Shown piece by piece: positions 44,596-55,262 of a stretch of 64,000 nucleotides of DNA. The stretch comes from Spirochaetia bacterium (lineage in GTDB: Bacteria > Spirochaetota > Spirochaetia > SZUA-6 > Bin103). Each line of letters begins with the position of its first letter. Position 1 is the first letter of the stretch. The DNA lies in NCBI GenBank assembly GCA_965203515.1, contig OZ241907.1, forward strand, positions 608,001 to 672,000. Direction: 5' to 3'. The notes beneath the pieces were generated by a model. That model was not told the DNA's origin. It saw nothing but the letters and a program-made list of their open reading frames with translations, and searched no databases. The translations under genes and the position numbers were made by a program.

Positions 44596-46249
44596 TCACG
44601 GCTCGACCCCGAACGCGCGGCAGACCGCGTCGAGCTTGGCCGCCACCTCGGGATGGATCTCATCGGGCAGCATCGCCGCGGCGATCTCGTGGTAGCGGGT
44701 GTAGGGCAGCCCGTGAATGCCGGCTGCTTCCAGCATCGGTTCGAGCAGGCGCGTGCGCGCCTTGGTCACGTTGAGAAACTCGTGATCGCCGAGCGGCTCA
44801 CGCGTCACGGCCGGCGGGAACTGGTCGTGCCACCAGGCGCGCAGGTCGGCGACGTGCGGCGGCGCGGCGTGCGCGCCGACCTGCGCCGTGACGAATCGCG
44901 CCAGCGCCTGCGGATGCAGCAGGTAGCTCTCGATCTCGTAGCGCCGCCAGCGCAGGCGCTGCAGCCCGGTGCCGGTGATGGCGGTGTCGCCGATTGCCGG
45001 GTGGGCGTCGCCGTCGCGCAGTTCCAGACCGGGAAAGTCGTCGCGCACCAATTGCAGGGCGGCGAAGTGATCGCGCGCGGTGATCCCCCGCCCCGGCTGC
45101 CCCTCACGCGCCTGAAACGCGATCGGCTTCCACATCACCTCCGTGGTCAGCAGCCCCAGCGCCCGGTGCCGCAGCGTCTCCGACCAGGCGCGCAGGATGT
45201 TGAGGTCGGTGTAGTCCTCGACATAGAGAATCCCGCGTACCTGCAGCGCCTGCATGACGTCCGCGTTGCTCAGCACCCGCAACGACGTAATGAGGCGGTT
45301 GCGTTCCTGGCCGCCGGCGATCATCCGCGGTTCGCTCAGCGTGACCATCAGTTCGCGCGGCTCGACGGCGTTGATGACCACTTCCGAATGGGTGGCGGCG
45401 ATGAGCTGCGAGCCGCGGCGGGCGGCGGCGCTGCGCAGCTCATGATAGATCGCGTCTTGCAGGATCACGTGCAGATGGGCGTCGGGTTCGTCCAGCAGCA
45501 GGACGGCGCGGCGCCGGGTGGTGAGAAACGCCAGCAGCATCAGGACCTGTTGGAATCCGCTGCCGGCGCTGGCCACGTCGAACGGCGCCTCCTGGCCGGT
45601 CACGGTGTATTCCGCGCGGATATGCGCGCCGCTGACGTCGGGCGGCAGCAGCCGATAGCCGAACAGCTTGCCGATGGTTGCCTGCAGCGCCTCCCATGCC
45701 GCCGCGTCGCGGTTCGCCTCGGCCAGCAGGTTGCGGAGCACCTCGCCCGGCCGCCCGATGCCGAGCAGCTGTTCGATCTTGGGGGGCTTGCAGCACCGGT
45801 TCGTCGGTGCCGAGGCCGGTCATCGGCGGCACGAACACCACCTGCGGATCGATCCGGCGCAGGTCGCCGGACGAGGAACTCGCCGGTCGCACGTAGATCT
45901 GTTCGCTGCTGTCGGGGATCAACTCCATCGTCACCGCCCAGCCGGCGTCGTGACGCAGCTCGATCTCGATCGGCCCGCGGTAGCGGCGGTCGGTCCACAA
46001 CAGGTCGAAGTTGCGCACCGGCACCGCCGCGAACGCCTGGCGGGCGAGCGGCGCCCGCCGGTAGCCGTTGCGGCGATTGAAGTCGTTGAGCTCGCGCCAG
46101 CGCCGCAGGGCGAGCGCCCATGACGCAACCGCCTGCAGCAGTGTCGTCTTGCCGGTGTCGTTTGGCCCGGCCAGCACGACGTGTCCCGGCAGCCGGAACT
46201 CGACCTCGCCGAACCGCTTGAAGCCGCGGATGCGAACCGACCGGATCAC
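44596..46249 (-). pseudogene. ABC/AAA_15 ATPase with TOPRIM-like C-terminus (OLD-like); +1 frameshift near the G6 run at 45781-45786
   Basis: GFKRF and GPNDTGKTT in the 5' frame; GSGFQQ, LLDEPDAHLH, ATHSE, LYVEDYTD, RDGD and RRYEIESYL in the 3' frame; removing one base gives ..PKIEQLLGIGRPGEVLRNLL. Confidence 0.82.
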
Positions 46250-46289
46250 CGGTCAGATACCGCGAGCGGCCGCCGGCGGAGACCCCATG

Positions 46290-47879
46290 CTACATCCCCC
46301 ACACGGTCACCGGCGTGCCGGCGTTCGTCTCGGCGCGGCGGAACAGCTTGTCCTCCCAGGTACGCTCCGGCCGGCGGTCGAACACCACCAGGTGCCCCTC
46401 CGCCGCCGAGCAGCGCTGCAGATAGGCGCGGGTCTGCGCCAGCCCTTCGCGGATGGTTGCCTCCAGCCCCCGCTGCGGGTGCACCACCTTGCACTCGATC
46501 ACGGTCTTGCGCGCCGCGCCCGGTGGTGCCGCCGCCGGCCACACGAGCAGCAGGTCGGTGCGCATCCGCCCCAATCCGTACTCGCGATGGATCATGCCGC
46601 CGCTGTTGACGATGCGCTGCAGGAACGCCTGCAACAGCAACTGCGGCCCCGCTTCCTGGTACTGAAACCGCCGCACCCAGTGTTCCGAGTGCTCCCGGAA
46701 GAACTCCTGAAACGCCCCCAGCAGCTTGGCCACGTCCAACCCACCGCCGGCGTCCAGGTACCACGCCGGCTGGTCGGTGATGCTCGCCTGCACGTGGCTG
46801 GTCAGTTCACGCGGCACCACTTCCGCGTAGATCGGATTGGCCATGCGCAACGGATCGTCGCGTGCGATCAGGCCCAGGTCGCGGACGTATTCGATATCCG
46901 CCGCGGAATACCGGCTTTCGCCGCCGCCGCTGAGCAGCGGCTCGATCACGTGGTGGACGCGCGCCTCCCGGAGCTTGTCGGCAAGTTGGTCGAGATGCGT
47001 GTCGCGGCGCAGGATCAGTTGCTCGCTCGCGCCGCGGATCGAAGCCGCGGTGACAGGGCGCCTGCGGTCGCGTCCGGTCTCGTCTTCGAAGCACGCCTGC
47101 TGGGCGAGCGCGTTCACCAGCCAGGGCTGGCCCTGCGTGAGGTCCCAGACCTCATCGAGCGCGTCCCCGGCCCACTGCTGGCCGGTCTCGGCGGTGTGCT
47201 GGCGCAGCAGCGCGCGCACTTCCGCCGGCGAGAAATCGTCCATGCGCAGGGACTTGACCTTGACGTTGAAGGCGCTGCCGCCGGTAACGATCTCGTTGCG
47301 GCTGGTCGAGCGGATGCGGTAGTCGCGCACGTCGCGCACCCCGCACAGGATGACGCTCTGCGGGAAGCGGCGCGGGCGGCGGGCATAGCCGGTGCGCAGT
47401 TGCCGCAACACCGCGATCAGGGTGTCGCCGATCAGCGCGTCGATCTCGTCGATCAGCAGCACCAGCGGCTTGCGGTCGGCAGCCGCCCAGCGGGCGAGCA
47501 CTTCGCGCAGGCAGTTGTGCGGTCCGGCCCGGGCCAGCGCCTCCGGCCAGGTAGCCGCCGGAAACGAGTCCTCCAGCGTGGCGTACGCTTCATCGGCGAG
47601 CTCGTTGAGGATCGCGCGCATCGCCTCGGCTACTTCCTCACGAGCGGACTGGCCGCTCTCGACGTTCACGTAGACGCAGCGGTACGCGCCGCTGCCGTTC
47701 AGCGCGTCCACCAGCTCCAGCAGGGCCGAGGTCTTGCCGGTCTGGCGCGGGGCGTGCAGCACGAAATACTTCCAGTCGTCGATCAGGGACAGCAACTCGC
47801 TGCGGTTGAGCCGCTCCAGCGGCGGGACGTGGTAGTGCTTCTCCGGGATAATCGGTCCGGCGGTGTTGAAGAAGCGCAT
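46290..47879 (-). CDS. AAA ATPase with C-terminal PD-(D/E)XK nuclease domain (intact paralog of 3023-4613)
   Basis: MRFFNTAGP, HAPRQTGKTS, LLIDEID, REYGLGRMRTDLL..VIECK. Confidence 0.88.
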   Translation of the reverse strand: MRFFNTAGPIIPEKHYHVPPLERLNRSELLSLIDDWKYFVLHAPRQTGKTSALLELVDALNGSGAYRCVYVNVESGQSAREEVAEAMRAILNELADEAYATLEDSFPAATWPEALARAGPHNCLREVLARWAAADRKPLVLLIDEIDALIGDTLIAVLRQLRTGYARRPRRFPQSVILCGVRDVRDYRIRSTSRNEIVTGGSAFNVKVKSLRMDDFSPAEVRALLRQHTAETGQQWAGDALDEVWDLTQGQPWLVNALAQQACFEDETGRDRRRPVTAASIRGASEQLILRRDTHLDQLADKLREARVHHVIEPLLSGGGESRYSAADIEYVRDLGLIARDDPLRMANPIYAEVVPRELTSHVQASITDQPAWYLDAGGGLDVAKLLGAFQEFFREHSEHWVRRFQYQEAGPQLLLQAFLQRIVNSGGMIHREYGLGRMRTDLLLVWPAAAPPGAARKTVIECKVVHPQRGLEATIREGLAQTRAYLQRCSAAEGHLVVFDRRPERTWEDKLFRRAETNAGTPVTVWGM

Positions 47880-47990
47880 CCTCACCTTGAGTGTGCCCCG
47901 TCACCGGTTCCTGTCAACCGCTCCGGCCCTGGGGTCGCTTGCGGTATCATGGCCCGCATCAGCGCTATGACATACGATAAGGAGTAGCCG

Positions 47991-49352
47991 ATGGAGACGA
48001 TTCGCTTCGATCTGCCGCAGTCCGAGATTCCCGCCTCCTGGTACAACATCCAGGCCGACCTGCCGGAACCGTTGCCGCCGGTGATCCATCCGGGCCGGAT
48101 GGATCCGATCGGTCCCGATGACCTGGCGCCGCTGTTCGCACTGGCGCTGATCGAGCAGGAGGTGAGCCGGGAGCGGGAGATACCGATTCCGGAGCCGATC
48201 CGCGAGATCTACCGGCTGTGGCGCCCGACGCCGCTGTTCCGGGCGCGGCGCCTGGAACGGGAGCTCGATACCCCCGCGCGCCTCTACTACAAGTACGAGG
48301 GCGTCTCGCCGGTCGGCTCGCACAAGCCCAACACGGCGGTGGCGCAGGCGTTCTACAACCGGGAGGAAGGGGTGACGCAGCTCACCACCGAGACCGGCGC
48401 CGGACAGTGGGGCAGCGCGCTGGCGATGGCCGGCGCGTTCCTGGGCGTCGACTGCGAGGTGTACATGGTGCGCGTCTCCTACGACGGCAAGCCGTACCGC
48501 CGTTCGATGATGGAGGCATACGGCGCCGGCGTCACCGCCAGTCCGTCGCCCGCCACCAACGCCGGCCGGCAGGTGCTGGACCGCAGTCCCGATTCGCCGG
48601 GATCGCTCGGCATCGCCATCTCGGAGGCGGTGGAAGCGGCGGCCGCCAGCGGCGGCAGCAAGAAGTACTGCCTGGGGTCGGTGCTCAATCACGTGCTGCT
48701 GCACCAGACCGTGATCGGCCTGGAGGCGCAGGCGCAGTTCGAGCGCGCCGGCGTCTACCCCGACGTCATGGTCGGCTGCACCGGCGGCGGCTCCTCGTTC
48801 GGCGGGTTCATCTTCCCGTTCGTGCCCGCCAAGTTGAGCGGCGCGCGCGCCACGCGCTTCGTGGCGGTCGAGCCGCAGGCGGCGCCCAGCCTGACCGGCG
48901 GGCAGTACCGCTACGACTTCGGCGACGCGGCGGCCACCACGCCGCTGCTCAAGATGTACACGCTGGGCCATTCCTTCGTGCCGGCCCCGATTCACGCCGG
49001 CGGCCTGCGCTACCACGGGATGGCGCCGCTGGTCTGCCATCTGCACGACCTGGGCGTGATCGAAGCGCGCGCCGTGCCGCAGGTGCCGGTGTTCGAGGCG
49101 GCCCGGCTGTTCGCGCGCACCGAGGGGATCGTGCCCGCGCCGGAGCCCGCGCACGCCGTGCACGTCGCCATCGAGGAAGCGCTGCGCTGCAAGGAGGCCG
49201 GCGAGTCGCGGGTGATCGCCTTCAACCTGTGCGGCCACGGGCACTTCGACATGCAGGCGTACCGCTCGTTCCTCGACGGCCAGCTCGTCAACTACGAGTA
49301 TCCGCAGGAGCGCATCGCCGAGGCGTTGGCGGAACTGCCGGCGGTCGGCTGA
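47991..49352 (+). CDS. trpB2: Tryptophan synthase beta chain 2 (TrpB2)
   Basis: [17 protein letters not shown] (PLP lysine), [20 protein letters not shown] and NLCGHGHFD. Confidence 0.95.
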   Translation: METIRFDLPQSEIPASWYNIQADLPEPLPPVIHPGRMDPIGPDDLAPLFALALIEQEVSREREIPIPEPIREIYRLWRPTPLFRARRLERELDTPARLYYKYEGVSPVGSHKPNTAVAQAFYNREEGVTQLTTETGAGQWGSALAMAGAFLGVDCEVYMVRVSYDGKPYRRSMMEAYGAGVTASPSPATNAGRQVLDRSPDSPGSLGIAISEAVEAAAASGGSKKYCLGSVLNHVLLHQTVIGLEAQAQFERAGVYPDVMVGCTGGGSSFGGFIFPFVPAKLSGARATRFVAVEPQAAPSLTGGQYRYDFGDAAATTPLLKMYTLGHSFVPAPIHAGGLRYHGMAPLVCHLHDLGVIEARAVPQVPVFEAARLFARTEGIVPAPEPAHAVHVAIEEALRCKEAGESRVIAFNLCGHGHFDMQAYRSFLDGQLVNYEYPQERIAEALAELPAVG

Positions 49353-49359
49353 CCGCAAT

Positions 49360-49438
49360 GCTGCCGCGGCCTCGGCAGGCTGCCGCGGCCTCCGGCAGGC
49401 TGCCGCGGTCTCCGGCAGGCTGCCGCGGCCTCCGGCAG
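49360..49438. repeat. Four tandem 19-20 bp hairpin units (gctgccgcggcctccggcag)
   Basis: Units read directly; each folds as ctgccg-loop-cggcag. Confidence 0.9.
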
Positions 49439-49439
49439 G

Positions 49440-49475
49440 TTGCATTATGGAGACGCTATCGCCACATTGCGTCTC
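49440..49475 (+). promoter_or_regulatory. Promoter with overlapping inverted repeat upstream of the AAA/DUF4143 gene
   Basis: TTGCAT-N17-CACATT; GAGACGC-N12-GCGTCTC at 49450-49475. Confidence 0.55.
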
Positions 49476-49478
49476 AAA

Positions 49479-50633
49479 ATGGCGTTCTTAGGAAGATTTT
49501 TCGAGCCTCCGGCAGCAAGCTACTACCTGTTCGGCCCGCGTGGCACCGGCAAGTCGGCCTGGACGCAACGCCGCTACCCGGACGGCGTCCGCATCGACCT
49601 GCTCCATCCGGCCACCCTGCAGCGCTACCGGGCGCGCCCTGAACGCCTCTTCGAGGCGGTCCGGGCGCAGCCCGACCGGCAGGTGATCGTCATCGACGAG
49701 GTCCAACGGGTACCGGCGCTGCTGAGCGCCGTCCACGCGCTCATCGAAGAGCGCCGGGGCTGGCGGTTCGTCCTGACCGGCTCCAGCGCGCGCAAACTCC
49801 GGCGGAGCGGAGTCGACCTCATGGCCGGCCGCGCCGTGGTGCGAACCATGCATCCCTTCATGGCGGCGGAGCTGGGCGATTCGTTCCACCTGCCCGCGGC
49901 GCTGCGGCGCGGTATGCTGCCGCTGGTGCTCGGCGCCGAGGACCCCGCCGACACGCTGCAGAGCTACGTCGCCGTATACGTGCGCGAAGAGGTGCAGATG
50001 GAGGGACTGGTGCGCGACCTGGACCGGTTCTCACGTTTCCTGGAGACGGTCTCGTTCTCGCACGCGCAACTCCTCAACGCCAGCAACATCGCCCGCGACA
50101 GCGGCGTGGGCCGCAAGGCGGTGGAGGGGTATCTGGGCGTTCTGGAGGACCTGCTGCTCAGCTTCCGCGTACCGGTGTTCCGCAAGCGCGCCGCGCGCGC
50201 CACGGTCGCGCACGACAAGCTCTATCTGTTCGACTGCGGGGTGTTCCGCTCCCTGCGGCCGTCGGGGCCGCTCGACCGGCGCGAAGAGATCGCCGGAGCG
50301 GCGCTGGAGGGGCTGGTGGCGCAGCATCTGCGCGCGTGGCTTGCCTATCGCGGCGGCTCCGACCGCCTCTACTACTGGCGGACTCGCGCCGGCTCCGAGG
50401 TCGATTTCGTCATCTATGGACCGGCGCAGTTCAGCGCCGTGGAAGTCAAGCACAGCGCTGCGGTGCGGGGCTCCGATCTGCGCTCGCTGCGCTCGTTCCA
50501 CGCCGACTACCCGGAAGCGCAGCGCCTGCTGCTCTATCTGGGGGAAGAGGCGCTGCTCATCGACGGCGTCCGGTGCCTGCCGTGCGAACGCTTCCTGCGC
50601 CGGTTGCATCCATCCCGCGAGCTCCCGGCGTGA
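49479..50633 (+). CDS. AAA_14 ATPase + DUF4143 protein
   Basis: FGPRGTGKS, IDEVQRVP, LTGSSARKL, KLYLFDCG, YYWRT..GSEVDFV..AVEVK. Confidence 0.92.
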   Translation: MAFLGRFFEPPAASYYLFGPRGTGKSAWTQRRYPDGVRIDLLHPATLQRYRARPERLFEAVRAQPDRQVIVIDEVQRVPALLSAVHALIEERRGWRFVLTGSSARKLRRSGVDLMAGRAVVRTMHPFMAAELGDSFHLPAALRRGMLPLVLGAEDPADTLQSYVAVYVREEVQMEGLVRDLDRFSRFLETVSFSHAQLLNASNIARDSGVGRKAVEGYLGVLEDLLLSFRVPVFRKRAARATVAHDKLYLFDCGVFRSLRPSGPLDRREEIAGAALEGLVAQHLRAWLAYRGGSDRLYYWRTRAGSEVDFVIYGPAQFSAVEVKHSAAVRGSDLRSLRSFHADYPEAQRLLLYLGEEALLIDGVRCLPCERFLRRLHPSRELPA

Positions 50634-50657
50634 AACGATGGGCGGAGCGCCGGGCGA

Positions 50658-51542
50658 TTACTCGGTGACGAAATGCTGGTACAGCGGTTGCACGTCCGCC
50701 GGCAGCCGCTCGAATACCGCGCGGCGGATCGGCACCGCGTCGTAGTTCTTGCCGCCGGTGGCCGCGACCATGCGCTCGTGGTCCGGGGTGCCGCGAATCG
50801 ACGGCGTCAGGTTGAGCCACCACGGCGCGTAGCGGATGATCAGCGCCACGCGCGTGTCGCCGCTGACGTTGGCCGCGACCGCGTGCCACAGGCGGCTGTC
50901 GTAGAGCAGCACGCTGCCGGCGGCTCCGGTGACCTGCAGCTGGTCGGGGTGCGGGCCGTCGCGGTCGAAGTCCTGCAGCGTCGTTCCGGCCGGATTGTCG
51001 GCCAGCCGGTGGCTGCCGGGGACGATGAAGGTGCCGCCGTTCTCGGCAGTGAAGTCGGTCAGCATCCAGATGCCGGACAGGTGCATCAGCGCGTCGGGGT
51101 AGGGCGCCTTGACGTGCGTGGAGTTGGTGGCGTTGTAGGGCCAGTCGGAGTGCCAGTAGCCGCGCGCGCTGCCGGGGTTGGTGATGACGCAGTCGGTGCA
51201 GGAGATGCGTACGAACTCCCCGAACAGCTCGGTGGCGACGCCCAGGATGCGCGGGTCGGCCAGGTACTCGGCGAAGCACTGCGTGGCGTTGATCACCTGC
51301 CGCATGTTGTCCACGCCGGGGGAGCCGACGCGGTGGCCGCGCGCGCGCGTCCGGGCCAACTCGGCGGCCGCCTGTTCATGGTTGGCGCGCTGCGCGGCGA
51401 AGACCTCGCCCCGCACGCGGCCGACCCGGTCGGCGGGGATCACGCCGGGGACGACGCAGTAGCCGTGCCGGCCGACCGCGGCGGCGATCTCCTCGATGGT
51501 GCTGCCGGTGACCGGCATTCCGGCGGTCGCGACCGTATTCAT
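50658..51542 (-). CDS. Phytanoyl-CoA dioxygenase (PhyH) family protein
   Basis: GYCVVPGVI, WHSDWP, LTDFTAENGGT.IVPGSH and DSRLWH. Confidence 0.9.
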   Translation of the reverse strand: MNTVATAGMPVTGSTIEEIAAAVGRHGYCVVPGVIPADRVGRVRGEVFAAQRANHEQAAAELARTRARGHRVGSPGVDNMRQVINATQCFAEYLADPRILGVATELFGEFVRISCTDCVITNPGSARGYWHSDWPYNATNSTHVKAPYPDALMHLSGIWMLTDFTAENGGTFIVPGSHRLADNPAGTTLQDFDRDGPHPDQLQVTGAAGSVLLYDSRLWHAVAANVSGDTRVALIIRYAPWWLNLTPSIRGTPDHERMVAATGGKNYDAVPIRRAVFERLPADVQPLYQHFVTE

Positions 51543-51609
51543 GACGGAGGCAGTATAGCAGAGACCCGGTGAAACGCGGTACGATCGCCGAATCGGCGGA
51601 CGAATCCCC

Positions 51610-52641
51610 ATGCCGGCCGGCTCGGACGGCAGCATCCTCTCCCTGCGCGGCGCGTACCAGTACTTCCCGAGCGGCCGCCGCCAGTTCGTGCGCGCCGTGG
51701 ACGGCGTCGACCTCGACCTCCGCGACGGCCGATCGGTCGGCCTGGTCGGCGAGAGCGGCAGCGGCAAGACCACCATCGGGCGGATGATCGCGCGGCTGCT
51801 GGAGCCGACCGGCGGCGCCATCAGCTTCGCGGGGCAGGACGTCACCCACCTGCGCGGTCGGGCGCTGCGCCGCTACCTGCCCAACGTCCAGGTCGTGTTC
51901 CAGGACCCGCACACGTCGCTCAACCCGCGGCTGTCGGTCGGCAGGATCATCGCCGAACCGCTGCGCATCAACCGCTTCGGCAGCCGCCGGCGGATCGAGC
52001 GGCGGGTCCACGAGCTGCTCGACACCGTCGGCCTGTCGGCCGGGGACGCCGGCCGCATGCCCGCCGACTTCTCGGGCGGCCAGCGGCAGCGCATCGCCAT
52101 CTGCCGCGCCATCGCGCTCAATCCCCGCATCGTGGTGTGCGACGAAGCGGTCTCCGCCCTGGACGTGTCGATCCAGGCCAAGATCCTCAACCTCCTGAAC
52201 GACTTGCAACGGCGGTTCGCGCTCACCTATCTGTTCATCTCGCATGACCTGAGCGTGGTGCGGCTGGTGTCCGACCGGATCGCCGTGATGTATCTGGGCA
52301 AGCTGGTGGAGACCGCCCCGGCCGACGCGCTGTTCGCGGCGCCGCTCCACCCCTATACGGAGGCGCTGCTGGCGTCGGTGCCCGACCCGTACGACCGCAA
52401 GGGATTCGCGGTGCTGCCGGGCGAGATCCCCAGCAACATCGATCCGCCACGCGGCTGTCGATTCCACACCCGCTGTCCGAGTAAGATGGAGGTATGCGAG
52501 CGCCGCTCGCCGGCGCTGCGCGAAGTATCGGAAGGACGGTCGGTCGCCTGCTTTCTGCATCACGAGGCAGCGGAGCCGCCGACCGCGCGTCCGAACGGCC
52601 GGCACGGCCGTACGATCGCTACACAAGGGAGGAACCCATGA
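51610..52641 (+). CDS. Peptide/nickel ABC transporter ATP-binding subunit (OppF/DppF-like)
   Basis: GESGSGKT, FSGGQRQR, CDEAVSALD, HPYT and GCRFHTRC. Confidence 0.93.
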   Translation: MPAGSDGSILSLRGAYQYFPSGRRQFVRAVDGVDLDLRDGRSVGLVGESGSGKTTIGRMIARLLEPTGGAISFAGQDVTHLRGRALRRYLPNVQVVFQDPHTSLNPRLSVGRIIAEPLRINRFGSRRRIERRVHELLDTVGLSAGDAGRMPADFSGGQRQRIAICRAIALNPRIVVCDEAVSALDVSIQAKILNLLNDLQRRFALTYLFISHDLSVVRLVSDRIAVMYLGKLVETAPADALFAAPLHPYTEALLASVPDPYDRKGFAVLPGEIPSNIDPPRGCRFHTRCPSKMEVCERRSPALREVSEGRSVACFLHHEAAEPPTARPNGRHGRTIATQGRNP

Positions 52642-54182
52642 AGACGAACGCTCGGCGCGGCGCCGCCGCGTCGGTCCTGCTGCTCGGCGCGCTCGCCGCG
52701 GCTGCCGACGGCACGACGCTCAGGATCGGTCAGGTGGGCGACATTCGCAGCCTGGAACCGTACCGCAACGCGACCCCCAACTACCTGTTCATCGAGAACC
52801 TCTACGATCAGCTCCTGTTCAATCCGCGCAACGGCGGCTTCGAGGGCGAGGCGGCCGAATGGTGGGAGGTCTCGTCCGACTTCACCACCGCCACCGTCAA
52901 GCTGCGCGAGGGGATGGTGAGCCACGACGGCACGCCGGCCGACGCCCACATGCTGAAGTGGGACATGGAAGAGCGGCGCAAGGGCTGGGGCCGTTCCGAC
53001 ATGCCGGTGTTCGGCGGCGGCGTGGACGCGACCGTCACGGTCATCGACGACCTGACCGCCGAGATCACCTTGAGCAAGCCGTTCGCCAACATGGAGACCA
53101 AGCTGTCGCTGTTCATGCTGACCGATCCCGACATGTACCTGCGCGACGACGGCGCCGTGGCCGAGTTCAACCAGGAGGACAAGGTGATCGGCAGCGGTCC
53201 GTTCAAGCTGGTCGAATACGTGCCGGGATCGCACATGTACTGGGAGAAGTTCGCCGATCACTGGGACGCGGACGCGGTGACGATCGAGCGGGTGGAGATC
53301 ACCTACTTCGGCGATGCGGCGTCGATGGTCGCGTCCCTGGAAGCGGGCGAGATCGACTTGGCGTTCCGTCCGCCCTACGCGGACGCCGTTCGCTTCCTGG
53401 ACGATCCCGACTACACGGTCTGGCTCCCGGAGACCGTCGGCCTCGCCTCCATCCTGATGGTCAACCCCAATACGCCGGGGCTGGAAGACAAGCGCGTGCG
53501 CCAGGCGATCAGTTGGGCGATCAACCGGGAAGCGGTCTCCGGGGCGATCTTCGAAGGGCTCGGCATGCCGACCGCCGCGCCGGCGGTTCCCGCCAGCTTC
53601 GCCTATACCCCGGAGCTCGACGCCATCCCGCCGCAGGGCGATCCCGACAAGGCGCGCGAGCTGCTCCGCCAGGCCGGCAACCCGCAGGTCAGGGTCAAGT
53701 TCACCTATCCGTCGAACGACACGTCCGCGCAACTGATCGCGCAGGTGGTGCAGGCCAACCTCAAGGACGTCGGCATCACCCTGGAGCTGGACCCGCAGGA
53801 GCGCAACATCTACATCCAGATGCGCACCAGCCAGACCTTCCAGATGATGGCCTCGGTCATGGCCGGCAGCAACGGCCATCCGGCCGACCTGACCGACAGC
53901 TTCGTGTTCTTCCCGAGCGGCCACGGCTTCTTCAACGACCCGGACGAGACGGTCATTCCCGAATACGAGCGCTACGTGGAGAACTTCGAAAAGGGTATGG
54001 CGGCCACGACCGAGGCGGAGTCGGTGGAGGCATGGTCGAATGCGCTGCTGGCGATCAACGACGGCGCCTGGGTGCTGTTCCTGAGTTCGCAGCCCTATAT
54101 CAGCGTGAGTACGTCCGACCTCAAGGGCCTCACCTGGTCCCAGCACGACAAGCCGGTGTTCAAGTACGTCCGCTTCGAGTAG
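52638..54182 (+). CDS. ABC transporter substrate-binding protein (family 5)
   Basis: GGAGG RBS; signal peptide; GSGPFKL, LEAGEID and DKRVRQAISWAINR. Confidence 0.9.
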   Translation: MKTNARRGAAASVLLLGALAAAADGTTLRIGQVGDIRSLEPYRNATPNYLFIENLYDQLLFNPRNGGFEGEAAEWWEVSSDFTTATVKLREGMVSHDGTPADAHMLKWDMEERRKGWGRSDMPVFGGGVDATVTVIDDLTAEITLSKPFANMETKLSLFMLTDPDMYLRDDGAVAEFNQEDKVIGSGPFKLVEYVPGSHMYWEKFADHWDADAVTIERVEITYFGDAASMVASLEAGEIDLAFRPPYADAVRFLDDPDYTVWLPETVGLASILMVNPNTPGLEDKRVRQAISWAINREAVSGAIFEGLGMPTAAPAVPASFAYTPELDAIPPQGDPDKARELLRQAGNPQVRVKFTYPSNDTSAQLIAQVVQANLKDVGITLELDPQERNIYIQMRTSQTFQMMASVMAGSNGHPADLTDSFVFFPSGHGFFNDPDETVIPEYERYVENFEKGMAATTEAESVEAWSNALLAINDGAWVLFLSSQPYISVSTSDLKGLTWSQHDKPVFKYVRFE

Positions 54183-54305
54183 GAGATCGCCGGGCGTCGG
54201 GTCGCAGACCCGGCCGATCCCGCCCGGTTGCGTGGAGGCCGTCGATCGGGACGGCTCCGCGCAGCCGGCCCGGCCGTCCCGCCCGGTGAACGGTGAGCGG
54301 CACGC

Positions 54306-55262
54306 GTGAGATCGTACGTCATCCGCCGCCTGCTCGGCGTGCTGCCGGCGCTGTTCATCGGCTCCATCCTCATCTTCCTGATCATCCACCTCATTCCCGG
54401 CGATCCGGCGGTGCTGCTGGTGCCGATGTCCCCGCCGCCGACGCCGGAGCTGATCGCCGAGGTGCGCGCCGCCTACGGATTCGACAAGCCGCTGCACGAG
54501 CAGTACCTGATCTGGCTGGGCAAGCTGCTGCGCGGCGATCTGGGCGACTCGATCAGCAAGCCGGCGTGGTCGGTGGCCGAGCTGGTCACCCGCAAGATCG
54601 GCGTCACCCTGCACGTCACCGCCGGCGCCTTCCTGGTATCGGTGCTGATCGCGTTGCCGCTGGGCATCCGCATGGGGCTGCATCCCGACGGCTTTCTGGC
54701 CCGGCGGGTGCTGCCGGTCTATACCGGCATCGGCTTCGCCGTACCGCCGTTCTGGCTCGGCATCCTGCTCATCCTGTTCTTCAGCGTCTTCCTCGGCATC
54801 CTGCCGACCAGCGGGTTCCGCACCATCACCGAGGACCCGATCCAGTCGATCCGCTTCCTGATCATGCCGTCGCTGGCCGGCGGCATCTCGGGCGCGGTGG
54901 TGTACACCAACTTCATCAGCGCCTCGGTCGGCGAGATCGCCAGGAAGGAGTTCATCCTGGCGGCGATCGCCAAGGGGCTGCCCAGGCGGCGCGTGGTCTA
55001 CCGGCACATCCTCAAGAACGCGCTCATCCCGGTCGTGACCGTGGCCGCCCTGCAGTTGGGCACCACGGTGGGCGGGGCGGTGGTGACCGAGAGCGTATTT
55101 GGCATACCGGGCATCGGCCGGCTGCTGGTCGACGCCATCACCGCGCGCGACTACGCGGTGGTGCAGGCCGACTTCATGGTGCTGATCTGCGCCGTGATGC
55201 TGGCCAACCTGCTGGCCGATCTGCTGTACGGCTGGCTCGACCCCCGCATCCGGCTCGACTGA
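54306..55262 (+). CDS. ABC permease (OppB/DppB-like)
   Basis: YVIRRL, PGDPA, GDLGDS, AKGL..H.LKNALIP and RDYAVVQ. Confidence 0.93.
   Translation: MRSYVIRRLLGVLPALFIGSILIFLIIHLIPGDPAVLLVPMSPPPTPELIAEVRAAYGFDKPLHEQYLIWLGKLLRGDLGDSISKPAWSVAELVTRKIGVTLHVTAGAFLVSVLIALPLGIRMGLHPDGFLARRVLPVYTGIGFAVPPFWLGILLILFFSVFLGILPTSGFRTITEDPIQSIRFLIMPSLAGGISGAVVYTNFISASVGEIARKEFILAAIAKGLPRRRVVYRHILKNALIPVVTVAALQLGTTVGGAVVTESVFGIPGIGRLLVDAITARDYAVVQADFMVLICAVMLANLLADLLYGWLDPRIRLD

Noticed and set aside
54185..54300. GC-rich hairpins after the SBP gene as an ncRNA
   Set aside because: Consistent with ordinary mRNA-stabilising stems in ABC operons; no recognisable RNA family.
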